A DNA stretch of 64,000 bases from Chlamydiota bacterium (GTDB taxonomy: Bacteria > Chlamydiota > Chlamydiia > Chlamydiales > Rhabdochlamydiaceae). The stretch lies in NCBI GenBank assembly GCA_013288075.1, contig JABDCQ010000002.1, forward strand, positions 32,447 to 96,446, read 5' to 3'. A model generated the notes under the pieces. The model made no database searches. It was not told the DNA's origin and saw only the letters and a program-made list of their open reading frames with translations. The position numbers were made by a program, and so were the translations under genes. Of the stretch, positions 8,750-17,488 are shown in pieces; position 1 is the first letter of the stretch; each line of letters opens with the position of its first letter.

Positions 8750-8863
8750 GGGTTCTTGCTCTGAATAATAGAAGCTAACGATGTCATGGGGCCTATTTAA
8801 TTTTCTGGAAATTATAGAAAGGTTCCCTCTTTTTTTCTACTGTTAAATATGAATTTGGAGATC

Positions 8864-8900
8864 TTCTTGCTTTTAAAAACAGGTGAGGCTTATTGTATTT
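8864..8900 (+). promoter_or_regulatory. Conserved promoter-like motif, copy 1 (TTGCTT-N18-TATTGT)
   Basis: TTCTTGCTTTTAAAAACAGGTGAGGCTTATTGTATTT lies about 30 nt upstream of the ATG at 8930. A near-identical copy is at 10811-10847. Confidence 0.35.
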
Positions 8901-8929
8901 CTGGTAAATAATATAAGGGGAATTAGATC

Positions 8930-9346
8930 ATGAATGTAAATAAAAATGTGGCTGAATTACTAAAAGCTCTTGAGCGCGCAAAAGGCTTTGTCCCGCAAGA
9001 TTGGGATTATATTGCGAATGATGAAGATGTCATGACCCAAGTGATGGAGCTTGAGTATATGCTAAAGCCTCTTGGTGAGCATCTAGGTGTTAGCAAAGAA
9101 CTATTTCCTTCTTCTACAGAATTAGAAAATGATGAAATCAAAATAATTGTCGAGAAAATTTTAGAGCTATGGGCAGCTTACCATTATTTGGCTGATTTGC
9201 CAGAGGGGCTTCCTGTTCGTATTGCCTATGAAACCTTATTAAGTGTTTGGGATGAAGTTGTTCCTTGCTGCCCTGAAGGAAATTTTCACTTCGATTTTTA
9301 TGAGAGAGACTTGGCCCAATATGTCAACCCCAAACGCGATTATTGA
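8930..9346 (+). CDS. Hypothetical protein
   Basis: 138-aa ORF with no recognisable motif. It is preceded by the promoter-like motif and by GGGGAATTAGATC before the ATG. Confidence 0.5.
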   Translation: MNVNKNVAELLKALERAKGFVPQDWDYIANDEDVMTQVMELEYMLKPLGEHLGVSKELFPSSTELENDEIKIIVEKILELWAAYHYLADLPEGLPVRIAYETLLSVWDEVVPCCPEGNFHFDFYERDLAQYVNPKRDY

Positions 9347-9350
9347 GCCG

Positions 9351-9671
9351 ATGGCAAGAGACTTAACTATAGATTTTAGGGTACCTGGATTTTCAGTCCG
9401 AAATTTAAAATATATACGGAAATTTGCAGAGGTTTACCCTGATCCGCAATTTATGCAGGCACTGCTTGCACAATTGCCTTGGTGGCACAACGTGCTCTTA
9501 TTAGAGAAGTTAAAGGACTTCTCAATGAGAGAAATGGTATGCTCAAGAGGTAATAAGAACATAGGTGCATTACCGAAAGAACTTCGTGGTACCTTGCCTA
9601 CTGCTGCTGAGATTGAAGCAAAATTGACCAAACATAAAACTGAGGATACATTAGACAGAGATGAATTATAA
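9351..9671 (+). pseudogene. DUF1016/YhcG remnant with an internal deletion
   Basis: GFSVRNLKYIRKFAEVYPDPQFMQALLAQLPWWHNVLLLEKLKD matches the central DUF1016 region of the 2361-3629 gene. It then jumps directly to the C-terminal tail LPKELRGTLPTAAEIEAKL. The nuclease core is missing. Confidence 0.6.
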
Positions 9672-9705
9672 CAGAAGATGCAAAAAACAAAAAAATAAGG
9701 ATCTT

Positions 9706-10347
9706 ATGGGTTATAAAATCTTAATCTTTACATTGCTAATGAGCTCTTTTACCCATAGAGGTTTTTCTGAAGATATGAAAATTGTCACAATAGATAGTCC
9801 TCTTCGAGATGTCTTAAAGAAGAAAACAGAAGAGATCAGGGAAAATGAGCTTGGGCTTGCTCGGGAAATTACTGAAAAATTATTCTTGGCATTAAAGCCT
9901 TATTTGCCTGCTGCCGGACTTGCAGCTCCCCAAATCGGAATTAGTAAATCTGTATTTATTTTTAGTTTTGATCGCGATCCCAAAAATCTGGAAGCAGTGA
10001 TTAATCCAAGCTTTATACCAGTAAGAGACACAAAAATAGAAGGATGGGAAGGCTGTTTTTCTGTCATGTTAAGCAATGGTCTTTGGAAACTTGCAAAAAT
10101 TCCCCGTTACGAAGCCATTCAAGTGACATACCTCAATCTAGAAGGAGAGAAAATTGAGAAGATATTAGAAGGATTTGGAGCTAAAGTTTTTCAGCATGAA
10201 TATGATCATTTGGAAGGCATTGAAAACATTGATAGAGAAGATGCCATTATTGAGACTTTCGATACAAAAGAAGCCATGTTCCATTTTATGCAGCAAGTCA
10301 AAAAAGAGGATTCAACGCATTATACAAAACCGAGCGCATCTCTTTGA
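9706..10347 (+). CDS. def: Peptide deformylase family protein with a hydrophobic N-terminal leader
   Basis: All three PDF motifs are present: GLAAPQIG, EGCFS and HEYDHLEG. AAGGA lies 5 nt upstream of the ATG at 9706 (MGYKILIFTLLMSSF...). An alternative start at 9775 (MKIVTIDSP) would give a leaderless 190-aa protein. Confidence 0.75.
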   Translation: MGYKILIFTLLMSSFTHRGFSEDMKIVTIDSPLRDVLKKKTEEIRENELGLAREITEKLFLALKPYLPAAGLAAPQIGISKSVFIFSFDRDPKNLEAVINPSFIPVRDTKIEGWEGCFSVMLSNGLWKLAKIPRYEAIQVTYLNLEGEKIEKILEGFGAKVFQHEYDHLEGIENIDREDAIIETFDTKEAMFHFMQQVKKEDSTHYTKPSASL

Positions 10348-10453
10348 GACTGAGAATCAGTGTCTTAAGATTTCATTATGCTCGAAACTGACAAATGTCG
10401 ATTTTGAGCATAATAGATTGACATAAACATCATGCTCATTTTTAAGTCAGGGC

Positions 10454-10790
10454 ATGAAAGACCGAACTACTCTGCAAAAGACAATGGCTTATTCGCCAAG
10501 CGGCACACTCAGCCATCATCTTAAAGCTCTTGAAATTTGTGGGTTTATCAGTAAACATCCAGACTGGTCTTTAAAAACAGGTAAGCCAGGAAAACTGACC
10601 CTTTATCGGCTTTCCGACAATTATCTTCGCTTCTACATCCATTATATCGAACCCAATCTTACGAAAATTGAACAGGGGCCCTTTAGAAGTCCCTCTTTCT
10701 AGTTTACCTGGATGGGAACCCATGCTCGGCTTCCAACTCGAAAACCTTTTGCTGAAAAATAGATCTCTTCTTTTCTAAGGGATTTTCTCT
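10454..10790 (+). pseudogene. Frameshifted C-terminal remnant of an AAA-ATPase with a winged-helix/DUF234- or DUF4143-like tail
   Basis: SHHLKALEICGFISK...YRLSDNYLRFYIHYIEPN is the typical C-terminal wHTH region. After the stop at 10702 a second frame continues as LPGWEPMLGFQLENLLLKN. No ATPase domain is present upstream. Confidence 0.4.
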
Positions 10791-10810
10791 TAGAGGGAAT
10801 TTCTTGCTTT

Positions 10811-10847
10811 TAAAAATGGATGAGGCTTATTGTGTTTATGTAAAACT
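10811..10847 (+). promoter_or_regulatory. Conserved promoter-like motif, copy 2
   Basis: TTCTTGCTTTTAAAAATGGATGAGGCTTATTGTGTTT lies about 20 nt upstream of the ATG at 10867. Confidence 0.35.
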
Positions 10848-10866
10848 TTTAGCCTAAGGATTATAA

Positions 10867-12207
10867 ATGTTCAAATCTTTATTTCTTATTTTCTTTGCAT
10901 TAAGTGGTCTTCTTGAATCAAAAACAATTATGGTAGTGGGAACTCAATTTGGCGATGAGGGGAAAGGTAAATTTACCGATTTACTCAGTCAAAAAGCTGA
11001 TGCTGTAGTTAGAGGTCAAGGGGGCAGTAATGCCGGGCATACAATCCTTGTCAATGATGTTGAGCTTAAACTTCATCTTATTCCTTCAGGAATTATTCAC
11101 GATGGTGTGAAGTGCTACATTGGAGGAGATTGTGTTATTAATCCTCAAAAGTTTTTCGAAGAACTTGAAGATCTTTCTTCCAAAGGAATTTCGTTTGATA
11201 ATCGCCTCTGGATTTCTCCTTTTGCCCATGTTTTGTTGCCTTATCATGTTCTTTTGGATGAACTTGAAGAAGAGCGAAGAGGGGACGACAAAATTGGAAC
11301 GACGGGCCAAGGCATAGGCCCTTGCTACCAAGATAAAGCTTCTAGAAATGGGATTCGTGTTATTGATCTATTAGATGCGGAAAGGTTTAAAAAATTAGTC
11401 AATAGGCGCCTTAATGATATCAATAATCAGCTTGTTAACTTGTATGGAAGATTGCCTCTTGAAAAAGAGCAAATGATCAGCTTATTTCTTGGCTTTGGAG
11501 AAAGGCTAAGGCCTTTTGTGAATAAGGTTGAAGAAATGGTTGAATTGCATACTCAGAAAGGGGATTTTGTGGTTATTGAGGGGGCTCAGGCAAGCCTTTT
11601 AGACAACACTTATGGATTTTACCCAAAAGTCACCTCTTCTTTTACTTCTGCTTCCGGTATTTTGCATGGAACCGGGCTTAGCCCAAGGTCTGTTGGCCAC
11701 ATCTTGGGTGTTGTCAAAGCCTATATGACGATGTGTGGAAATGGGGTTTTCCCGACTGAAACCAAGTGCGAGGAGCAATTTCTCAACAACCAAATTGGCA
11801 GAGAAGTTGGGGTAACAGATGGTAAAAATAGAAGAATTGGGTGGTTTGATGTTCCTTTAACAAGACTCGGAATCCGTCTTGCTGGAGCAGACTCTTTAGC
11901 TTTAACGAAGCTAGATATTTTTGATAGCTTAGATGAGATTAAAGTTTGTACGCATTACCTTGATAAGAAGGGGAATAGATATAGCGATCTTTCTGAATTA
12001 GATTTTTTGCTTAAAGATATTGAGCCTGTATATGTGACATTTCCTGGCTGGAAGCTCGATATTACAAAAGCAAAAACATTTGATGAGCTCCCAGAAGAAG
12101 CTAGGAACTATGTGCGAAGCTTAGAAGTTTACTTAGGAAAGCCCATTTCTTTTGTTTCGGTTGGCCCTGATAGAAATCAAACCATTACTTTAAAAAATAT
12201 CCTATGA
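10867..12207 (+). CDS. purA: Adenylosuccinate synthetase-like protein with a hydrophobic N-terminal extension
   Basis: GTQFGDEGKGK, GGSNAGHT, TTGQGIGPCY and TKLDIFD are PurA motifs. AAGGA lies 6 nt upstream of the ATG at 10867, which adds the leader MFKSLFLIFFALSGLLES. Several otherwise conserved segments are divergent (see findings). Confidence 0.8.
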   Translation: MFKSLFLIFFALSGLLESKTIMVVGTQFGDEGKGKFTDLLSQKADAVVRGQGGSNAGHTILVNDVELKLHLIPSGIIHDGVKCYIGGDCVINPQKFFEELEDLSSKGISFDNRLWISPFAHVLLPYHVLLDELEEERRGDDKIGTTGQGIGPCYQDKASRNGIRVIDLLDAERFKKLVNRRLNDINNQLVNLYGRLPLEKEQMISLFLGFGERLRPFVNKVEEMVELHTQKGDFVVIEGAQASLLDNTYGFYPKVTSSFTSASGILHGTGLSPRSVGHILGVVKAYMTMCGNGVFPTETKCEEQFLNNQIGREVGVTDGKNRRIGWFDVPLTRLGIRLAGADSLALTKLDIFDSLDEIKVCTHYLDKKGNRYSDLSELDFLLKDIEPVYVTFPGWKLDITKAKTFDELPEEARNYVRSLEVYLGKPISFVSVGPDRNQTITLKNIL

Positions 12208-12896
12208 GAAAGCTGTTTTTAGTGGCGCTTTTTTTTATCGCTCAAGCTTTGAATGCGGCCCAAACGCTTTATCCTGAGATAGGCTTATACGGAGATAACG
12301 TTCTAGAAAAGGAAGATAGCGAGCACCATTACGGACCGGATTTGGCTAAAGCTTATGAACAGTTTCTAAAAGAATATCCGGGAAAAGAGAAAGCAGAATT
12401 CTTTTCTTTTGTCAGCCAAAATATGCAAGGGATGCGAAAGGTTAAATATTTGGAAGCTGCTCACGAAAGAGAAGACCACCTTATAGAGATCAATGCAGAA
12501 GGCGCTTTCTATAAGCCATTGCCCATAGGAACTGCGTTAATGTTTGTCATGGATATTGAGGGCAACTTTTACGCTCATCAAAAAGTGAGAGGTGATGGAA
12601 AAACTCTTGGATTTCACCATACGACTTTTACAGGCGCAAGGGGTGTTGCTTTTGCAGGAACAATCCAAATTGATCAGCAGGGGAGACTTGAGTGGATAAG
12701 CGATGATAGCGGTCATTATAGGCCGCTATCAGGTGCATTAGCTTCTCTTTTAAGTCATTTGGAAAGCAAAGGCATTCCTCTTGAGAAAATCCATTTAGCG
12801 TTAAGAAGAACAACGCAGCTTGTAACTGCCAAGGAATGGCTAATAGCCTATGCCATCAAGAAAGACCCAATTCCCGGGGAAAACCTTTTACATTAG
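12204..12896 (+). CDS. Secreted hypothetical protein (FHHTTF...AG...SGHYRP motif)
   Basis: An ATGA overlap joins it to the purA stop. Signal peptide MRKLFLVALFFIAQALNA. The motif block is GFHHTTFTGARGVAFAGTIQIDQQGRLEWISDDSGHYRP. Confidence 0.55.
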   Translation: MRKLFLVALFFIAQALNAAQTLYPEIGLYGDNVLEKEDSEHHYGPDLAKAYEQFLKEYPGKEKAEFFSFVSQNMQGMRKVKYLEAAHEREDHLIEINAEGAFYKPLPIGTALMFVMDIEGNFYAHQKVRGDGKTLGFHHTTFTGARGVAFAGTIQIDQQGRLEWISDDSGHYRPLSGALASLLSHLESKGIPLEKIHLALRRTTQLVTAKEWLIAYAIKKDPIPGENLLH

Positions 12897-13017
12897 GGGA
12901 ATAGTGGGTATCACGACTTGCATGAAATATTCTCTCCGATCACGTACCCGAACGTCTCGTTCTTTTTTGTGTTGTATTCTGAGCTGAGCTTTCTCGGCCT
13001 CGATTAAGTAATTCATG

Positions 13018-14595
13018 CTAAAAATCAAATAACTGTTTAAATACTTGGCCGAGGGTCCCCTTTGGATTCACGGTTAAAGCTATAGAGCGCCAGGCTATAA
13101 ATCCATCGGGGCGGACAAGAACTGCACCGTTTGGACTGATTTCATATTTTTCAGGCCAATTATTAGGAATCCTAAGGACCTTTAACGGAATGGGGAGCGT
13201 TAAGTCTATGCAAGCTTTCTGCCATGCTGACCCGCTCTCTCCAATCAAGAGAACATATTCTTTTTCAAAAAGATCTGCCTCTTCCATTCCTGGAATATAG
13301 AAAGCTCGAATTCCAGGCAAAGTAGTTGGTACATACGTAGATGCAGATTTGCTTAGAGTTTGGTCATTTTCGGAAATCACAGCTTTAGAGTGATAAATAT
13401 AACCTAAATCCAACCCTTCAAAATTGAGATTTTTATGTTGTTCTTGAATTTCATTTGTCACTTCCTCTAGATTACCCGATTTTAAAGCAGCGGCAATCTT
13501 GACATATCGCTTTGCATTTTCAATGCTCCATAAGATATTTCGAAGCGCTACTGGTGATCGCTCTTCAAAGTAGGTATCAAGCAATGAATCAGATACTTGA
13601 TAATTAAGGACAAAGGCTAGCTTCCAAGCAAGATTGTGCGCGTCTTGAATGCCTGTATTCATTCCAAGGCCTCCTGTAGGAGGAATTCGATGCGCCGCAT
13701 CACCCACAAGAAAAACCCTATCTTTTCTATACTCTTTTGCTACCTGAGCTCCCATTGTCCAGAAGCTTTTATGCATAATGTGAATGGGAAGATGGTAGGC
13801 ATTTATGACTCGTTTTACCTCACTCATACAATAGTCATCTGTGAAAGTTTCTTGCGATTCTGTGGGCTTAAATTGCATAAATACAATCCACCGATTGGGA
13901 CCATCTCCTGAAAGCAACAAACGCCCTGCTAGATGTGGATCTGTAAAAAAGTAGCCAAAACAAGGTCGATGTTGAGTCCATTTTGAGATATCAAGCTCAC
14001 AATAAACGCTACAATACCGCCCCAGATCACTAGACCCATCCATCTCTATCCCTAATTGTTGCCTGATGCGACTTTGGGCTCCATCTGCAGCAATTAAATA
14101 TTTTGCTTGGATCAACTCAGGTTGATTGGTTACCCGATTTACAACAGAAGCCGTGACCCCATTTTCGTCTTGCTTAAAAGAAATCAGCTCTTTTGAAAAT
14201 TCGACACTGTTGTTTGGGCAGTGCATAAGAGTATGATAAAGAGATTCTTCTACTTTATTTTGCGTAACAAAACTGGATTGAGCAGTACAAAATGCTTGAA
14301 GGTGTTCATCCTCAATAAAGGTTCTGGTAACTTCTGGGCCTTGAAGTGATTCTGCCCAAATAAAACGCCTAGCTTCTTTTGGCTGTTCTTCTCTCAGCAA
14401 TTCATCTGCATTTCCCCATTGTCGGAAGAGTTCCATTGTCCTCATGCTTACGCCCCGAGTACGAGGGTACAAAACAGTCCCTGAATTGCGCTCAATAAGT
14501 AATGAAGAAATGTTTTGTCGAGCCAATGCTAATGCCATGCTCAATCCAACAGGCCCGCCTCCGACTATGAGGACTGGTATAGTTCTAGTTTCCAA
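13018..14595 (-). CDS. FAD-dependent aromatic-ring monooxygenase (PheA/TfdB-like)
   Basis: VLIVGGGPVGLSMALALA (dinucleotide-binding motif), DGAQSRIR and FLVGDAAHRIPPTGGLGMNTGIQDAHNLAWKL. Confidence 0.8.
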   Translation of the reverse strand: METRTIPVLIVGGGPVGLSMALALARQNISSLLIERNSGTVLYPRTRGVSMRTMELFRQWGNADELLREEQPKEARRFIWAESLQGPEVTRTFIEDEHLQAFCTAQSSFVTQNKVEESLYHTLMHCPNNSVEFSKELISFKQDENGVTASVVNRVTNQPELIQAKYLIAADGAQSRIRQQLGIEMDGSSDLGRYCSVYCELDISKWTQHRPCFGYFFTDPHLAGRLLLSGDGPNRWIVFMQFKPTESQETFTDDYCMSEVKRVINAYHLPIHIMHKSFWTMGAQVAKEYRKDRVFLVGDAAHRIPPTGGLGMNTGIQDAHNLAWKLAFVLNYQVSDSLLDTYFEERSPVALRNILWSIENAKRYVKIAAALKSGNLEEVTNEIQEQHKNLNFEGLDLGYIYHSKAVISENDQTLSKSASTYVPTTLPGIRAFYIPGMEEADLFEKEYVLLIGESGSAWQKACIDLTLPIPLKVLRIPNNWPEKYEISPNGAVLVRPDGFIAWRSIALTVNPKGTLGQVFKQLFDF

Positions 14596-14669
14596 TTAAT
14601 CCCTCACGTAATTTGGACAACAGCATATCATTTTGATGCAATCTTGGTCATCGATTTTCTTTCAAGAAG

Positions 14670-15551
14670 ATGCGGGCATTGCATGAGAAAGGGATTGTTG
14701 GTGTTCGAGGAGTACCTGGTTATAAAGTAAAATACGAACAATTCATCAATGCAGCTAGAAGATTTAGTGCTCTTCCTGAAGCGGTAAAAGAGAGCTATAA
14801 GCCAAACAGAGCCCTTGGAGAGACTTTTCTCGGATATGAAATGGGGAAAGAAAAATTTAAGAGACCAGATGGCACTTGGGTGGTTGACGACCTAAAGACT
14901 TCCTACTATGCATATATTCCTGATAGCACTAAAAACAAATGGCCTTTGGAAGTTAATTTGAAAGAGCCATTTGAAGCTTTAGGGCAATTAATGGCAGATA
15001 CTGGCGAGCTAGTTATGCACAAAATTGGACTTTTGGGAAGTGCTACAGGTTTTGAACTAGAAGAAGAATCTCGATTAGGCCGTATGCTCTATTATCGTAA
15101 GAGTGACAATAATGAAAATCCTTATTGGTGTGGAGCTCATTTTGATCATGGCTTATTTACAGTCATTCTTCCTGCAGTTTATTTTGTACAAGGAGAACAA
15201 ACCCCTGAGCCCTCGGAAGCAGGCCTTTTTGTACGAACATCAGAAGAAGCTTCCTTTAAAAAGGTGCCAGCCGAAGATTTTGATGTGATGATGTTTCAAG
15301 TAGGTGAATTTGGACAGTTGGCAACTAATGACGGTGTTCGGGCTACAGAGCATCGTGTGCACAAAGCGATCGGTGCTATCGAACGATATACGCTTGCTGT
15401 ATTTTATAATGCGCCGATGGATATCTCAATTCGCTCGGAATCTGTATTAACAAATGACGCTAGATATGGAGCCAAGATAGGAGAGTCATGCACGTATCGT
15501 CATTGGCATGAGGCTAGTTTTCAACGTTATGTGGTGAAAGAAAATAAATAA
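14670..15551 (+). CDS. 2-oxoglutarate/Fe(II)-dependent oxygenase (isopenicillin-N-synthase-like); N-terminus possibly truncated
   Basis: AHFDHGLFTVIL (HxD) and ATEHRV (distal His) are present. It diverges from the monooxygenase gene across a 74-bp spacer. Confidence 0.65.
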   Translation: MRALHEKGIVGVRGVPGYKVKYEQFINAARRFSALPEAVKESYKPNRALGETFLGYEMGKEKFKRPDGTWVVDDLKTSYYAYIPDSTKNKWPLEVNLKEPFEALGQLMADTGELVMHKIGLLGSATGFELEEESRLGRMLYYRKSDNNENPYWCGAHFDHGLFTVILPAVYFVQGEQTPEPSEAGLFVRTSEEASFKKVPAEDFDVMMFQVGEFGQLATNDGVRATEHRVHKAIGAIERYTLAVFYNAPMDISIRSESVLTNDARYGAKIGESCTYRHWHEASFQRYVVKENK

Positions 15552-15750
15552 CATCAGTTCAGCTGAAATAGTCTATAGCTCCTGAATCCTTCATTGTATG
15601 TCGCTAAAAACAAAAGCTTTAATTTCATCAAAAAAGCGATTTGGCAGATGAGCATGAATTAATTCTTCAAAGTCTCGAAAAGCAAGGAATAGTGTCCCTT
15701 CTCCAGCCAGAGAAATCTTTGAATATTTATCGGCTTCTTTATTCTCATGT

Positions 15751-16605
15751 TTACATAGGTTTAGGAGGGGAAACAAAGGCGTGAAAACGCCATCTAGTCT
15801 TGTAACCAAGCTTAGAGCAAATGCCAAAGGCTAATCCTTCTGACATAAGATAGGAGCTGCCTAAGCGGGCACCATTTGCCGTAGCATGTTGCAGAGAAAA
15901 ACGGCAAAGAGCTGTGCTTAATCCCTGCTTGCGCAGCTCAGGTTTTGAAGCTAAATTCCAAAGGCTAACAACACCATCCTGGATCATTGTCGAGGCCGCA
16001 GAAACAACTTTACCTTGTTTGCGAGCTACCCAGTGGTACCACTGGCAGCTTTTTTCCTGTGCTAAATCCCACATGATCTCTTTGTAGGCTTCTTTTGTAG
16101 GGCTCTCTATGCCGAACACTTGACATATAAGGTCATTAAACTCTTCCATGGCCTTCTCGTCCTGGACCATCTCTAGAACACAGTCCTCAGGAATTGGCGT
16201 AGAGACAACAGGTATATCGAGGAGTCCTATCACACCGCGGAAGATCCCTGCATCGACGAAGTCATGTTTTTTTAGTGCTTCTTTAAACTCGGAGCTGGAG
16301 TCTTCTTCGACATACCAGAAAAATGGGGTGTTGCCAAAGAATTTGAGTTCTTCTTCAATACGCGCGTCATATTCTTTAGGATCTTTTAGCCAGCCCATAA
16401 CGGCATTAAAGTTAATTGTGGGAAGACCTGAGAAATATCTTTCGAGCGTGCCAATTTTTTGATAGTTTGCATTCGGGACGTACTGATAGTCGATGACTAA
16501 ATGATACATCTCATTGAAGTGTTTCTTAATCAGTTGTAGTTGCTGCTCATCAGAAATTTGATAAACATGCTCAGTGTGTGGAGTTGAATCAGCCATTTTG
16601 ATCAT
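15751..16605 (-). CDS. GNAT-family N-acetyltransferase-like protein
   Basis: The C-terminal half has the GNAT pattern: VARKQGKVVSAAS...LASKPELRKQGLSTALCRFSLQHA...LGY. Confidence 0.6.
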   Translation of the reverse strand: MIKMADSTPHTEHVYQISDEQQLQLIKKHFNEMYHLVIDYQYVPNANYQKIGTLERYFSGLPTINFNAVMGWLKDPKEYDARIEEELKFFGNTPFFWYVEEDSSSEFKEALKKHDFVDAGIFRGVIGLLDIPVVSTPIPEDCVLEMVQDEKAMEEFNDLICQVFGIESPTKEAYKEIMWDLAQEKSCQWYHWVARKQGKVVSAASTMIQDGVVSLWNLASKPELRKQGLSTALCRFSLQHATANGARLGSSYLMSEGLAFGICSKLGYKTRWRFHAFVSPPKPM

Positions 16606-16889
16606 CCTATCATTGATGTGATACCTAATTACGGTATCTCATTTTCAAAATTCGGTAAATTAAAAAAAGTGGTAAATTCTTAATATTAGTTATTTTTTAT
16701 TTTCTTATTCATCATTCATATCATTTATATCGTGTTTTTTTTCGCTTGGCTTCCAACGCTTTGACCTGTAGGCCTTTGGTTTAAGTTAACATGGGAATTT
16801 AGTCGAAGGCCCATTTTCTTTTAGCTTGCATGCAAAGCGCCCCTGAATGCAAAATCGAAAAAATTATCATCTTGTTAAAGGGGTCTATT

Positions 16890-17459
16890 ATGTTACAAAA
16901 GCCTCACGTAAGGCAGCTCCAAAGTTATATGAGATTGTTTTTATTGCTATGTGCTCTTTTTATTTCTCCTTGCCACCTTGAAGCATCAAAAAATAAAGAA
17001 GTTACCTTAGCGCAGCTTAATAGACAGCCAGTAGTGTATTATCTGTATGTTGCAGATTTTATAGATAGTTTTATTCAAATAACAACAACTCCTTTAGGTG
17101 GATCCACAACAAGTTCAACATACCTTGCAGGAAGAGCTCCAATTTATAATTTCAATAATGAGAAGGTCGGGACATGTTCTGCCTCTTTTTTATGCATGCA
17201 AAATGCGGATGGAATTTATACAGATATAGCCAACTTTTTATCTGTTGATAATGGATTAATCGTATCGTGGTTTACTCCCACAAAATTAAGGGGTTTAGAA
17301 TTAGATACTATCGTTAATTCCATGGTTACTGAGTGCATGGTGGTGGCCTCGACCAAGATTGTTGTTAATCCTTTTTATGGACAGAGTTTTAACTTAATTG
17401 TTTCATCGAGTGGCGGAAAAATCTATTTTCAATTTACAAGAACAGGGACGATTTTCTGA
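16890..17459 (+). CDS. Secreted hypothetical protein
   Basis: AAGGGG precedes the ATG at 16890. The leader is hydrophobic (MRLFLLLCALFISPCHLEA). No enzyme motif recognised. Confidence 0.5.
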   Translation: MLQKPHVRQLQSYMRLFLLLCALFISPCHLEASKNKEVTLAQLNRQPVVYYLYVADFIDSFIQITTTPLGGSTTSSTYLAGRAPIYNFNNEKVGTCSASFLCMQNADGIYTDIANFLSVDNGLIVSWFTPTKLRGLELDTIVNSMVTECMVVASTKIVVNPFYGQSFNLIVSSSGGKIYFQFTRTGTIF

Positions 17460-17488
17460 TCTGAGGTCTAATTAACTAAAGGAACTTT

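Noticed and set aside
9243-9350. First 36 codons of track ORF 9243-9671, which overlap the 8930-9346 gene
   Set aside because: DUF1016-like similarity begins only after 9351. The upstream part is simply an open frame overlapping the preceding gene.
15591-15827. Track ORF of 78 aa overlapping the 3' end of the GNAT gene
   Set aside because: It overlaps the better-supported GNAT ORF and has no motif. It could be a remnant, but I cannot support that.
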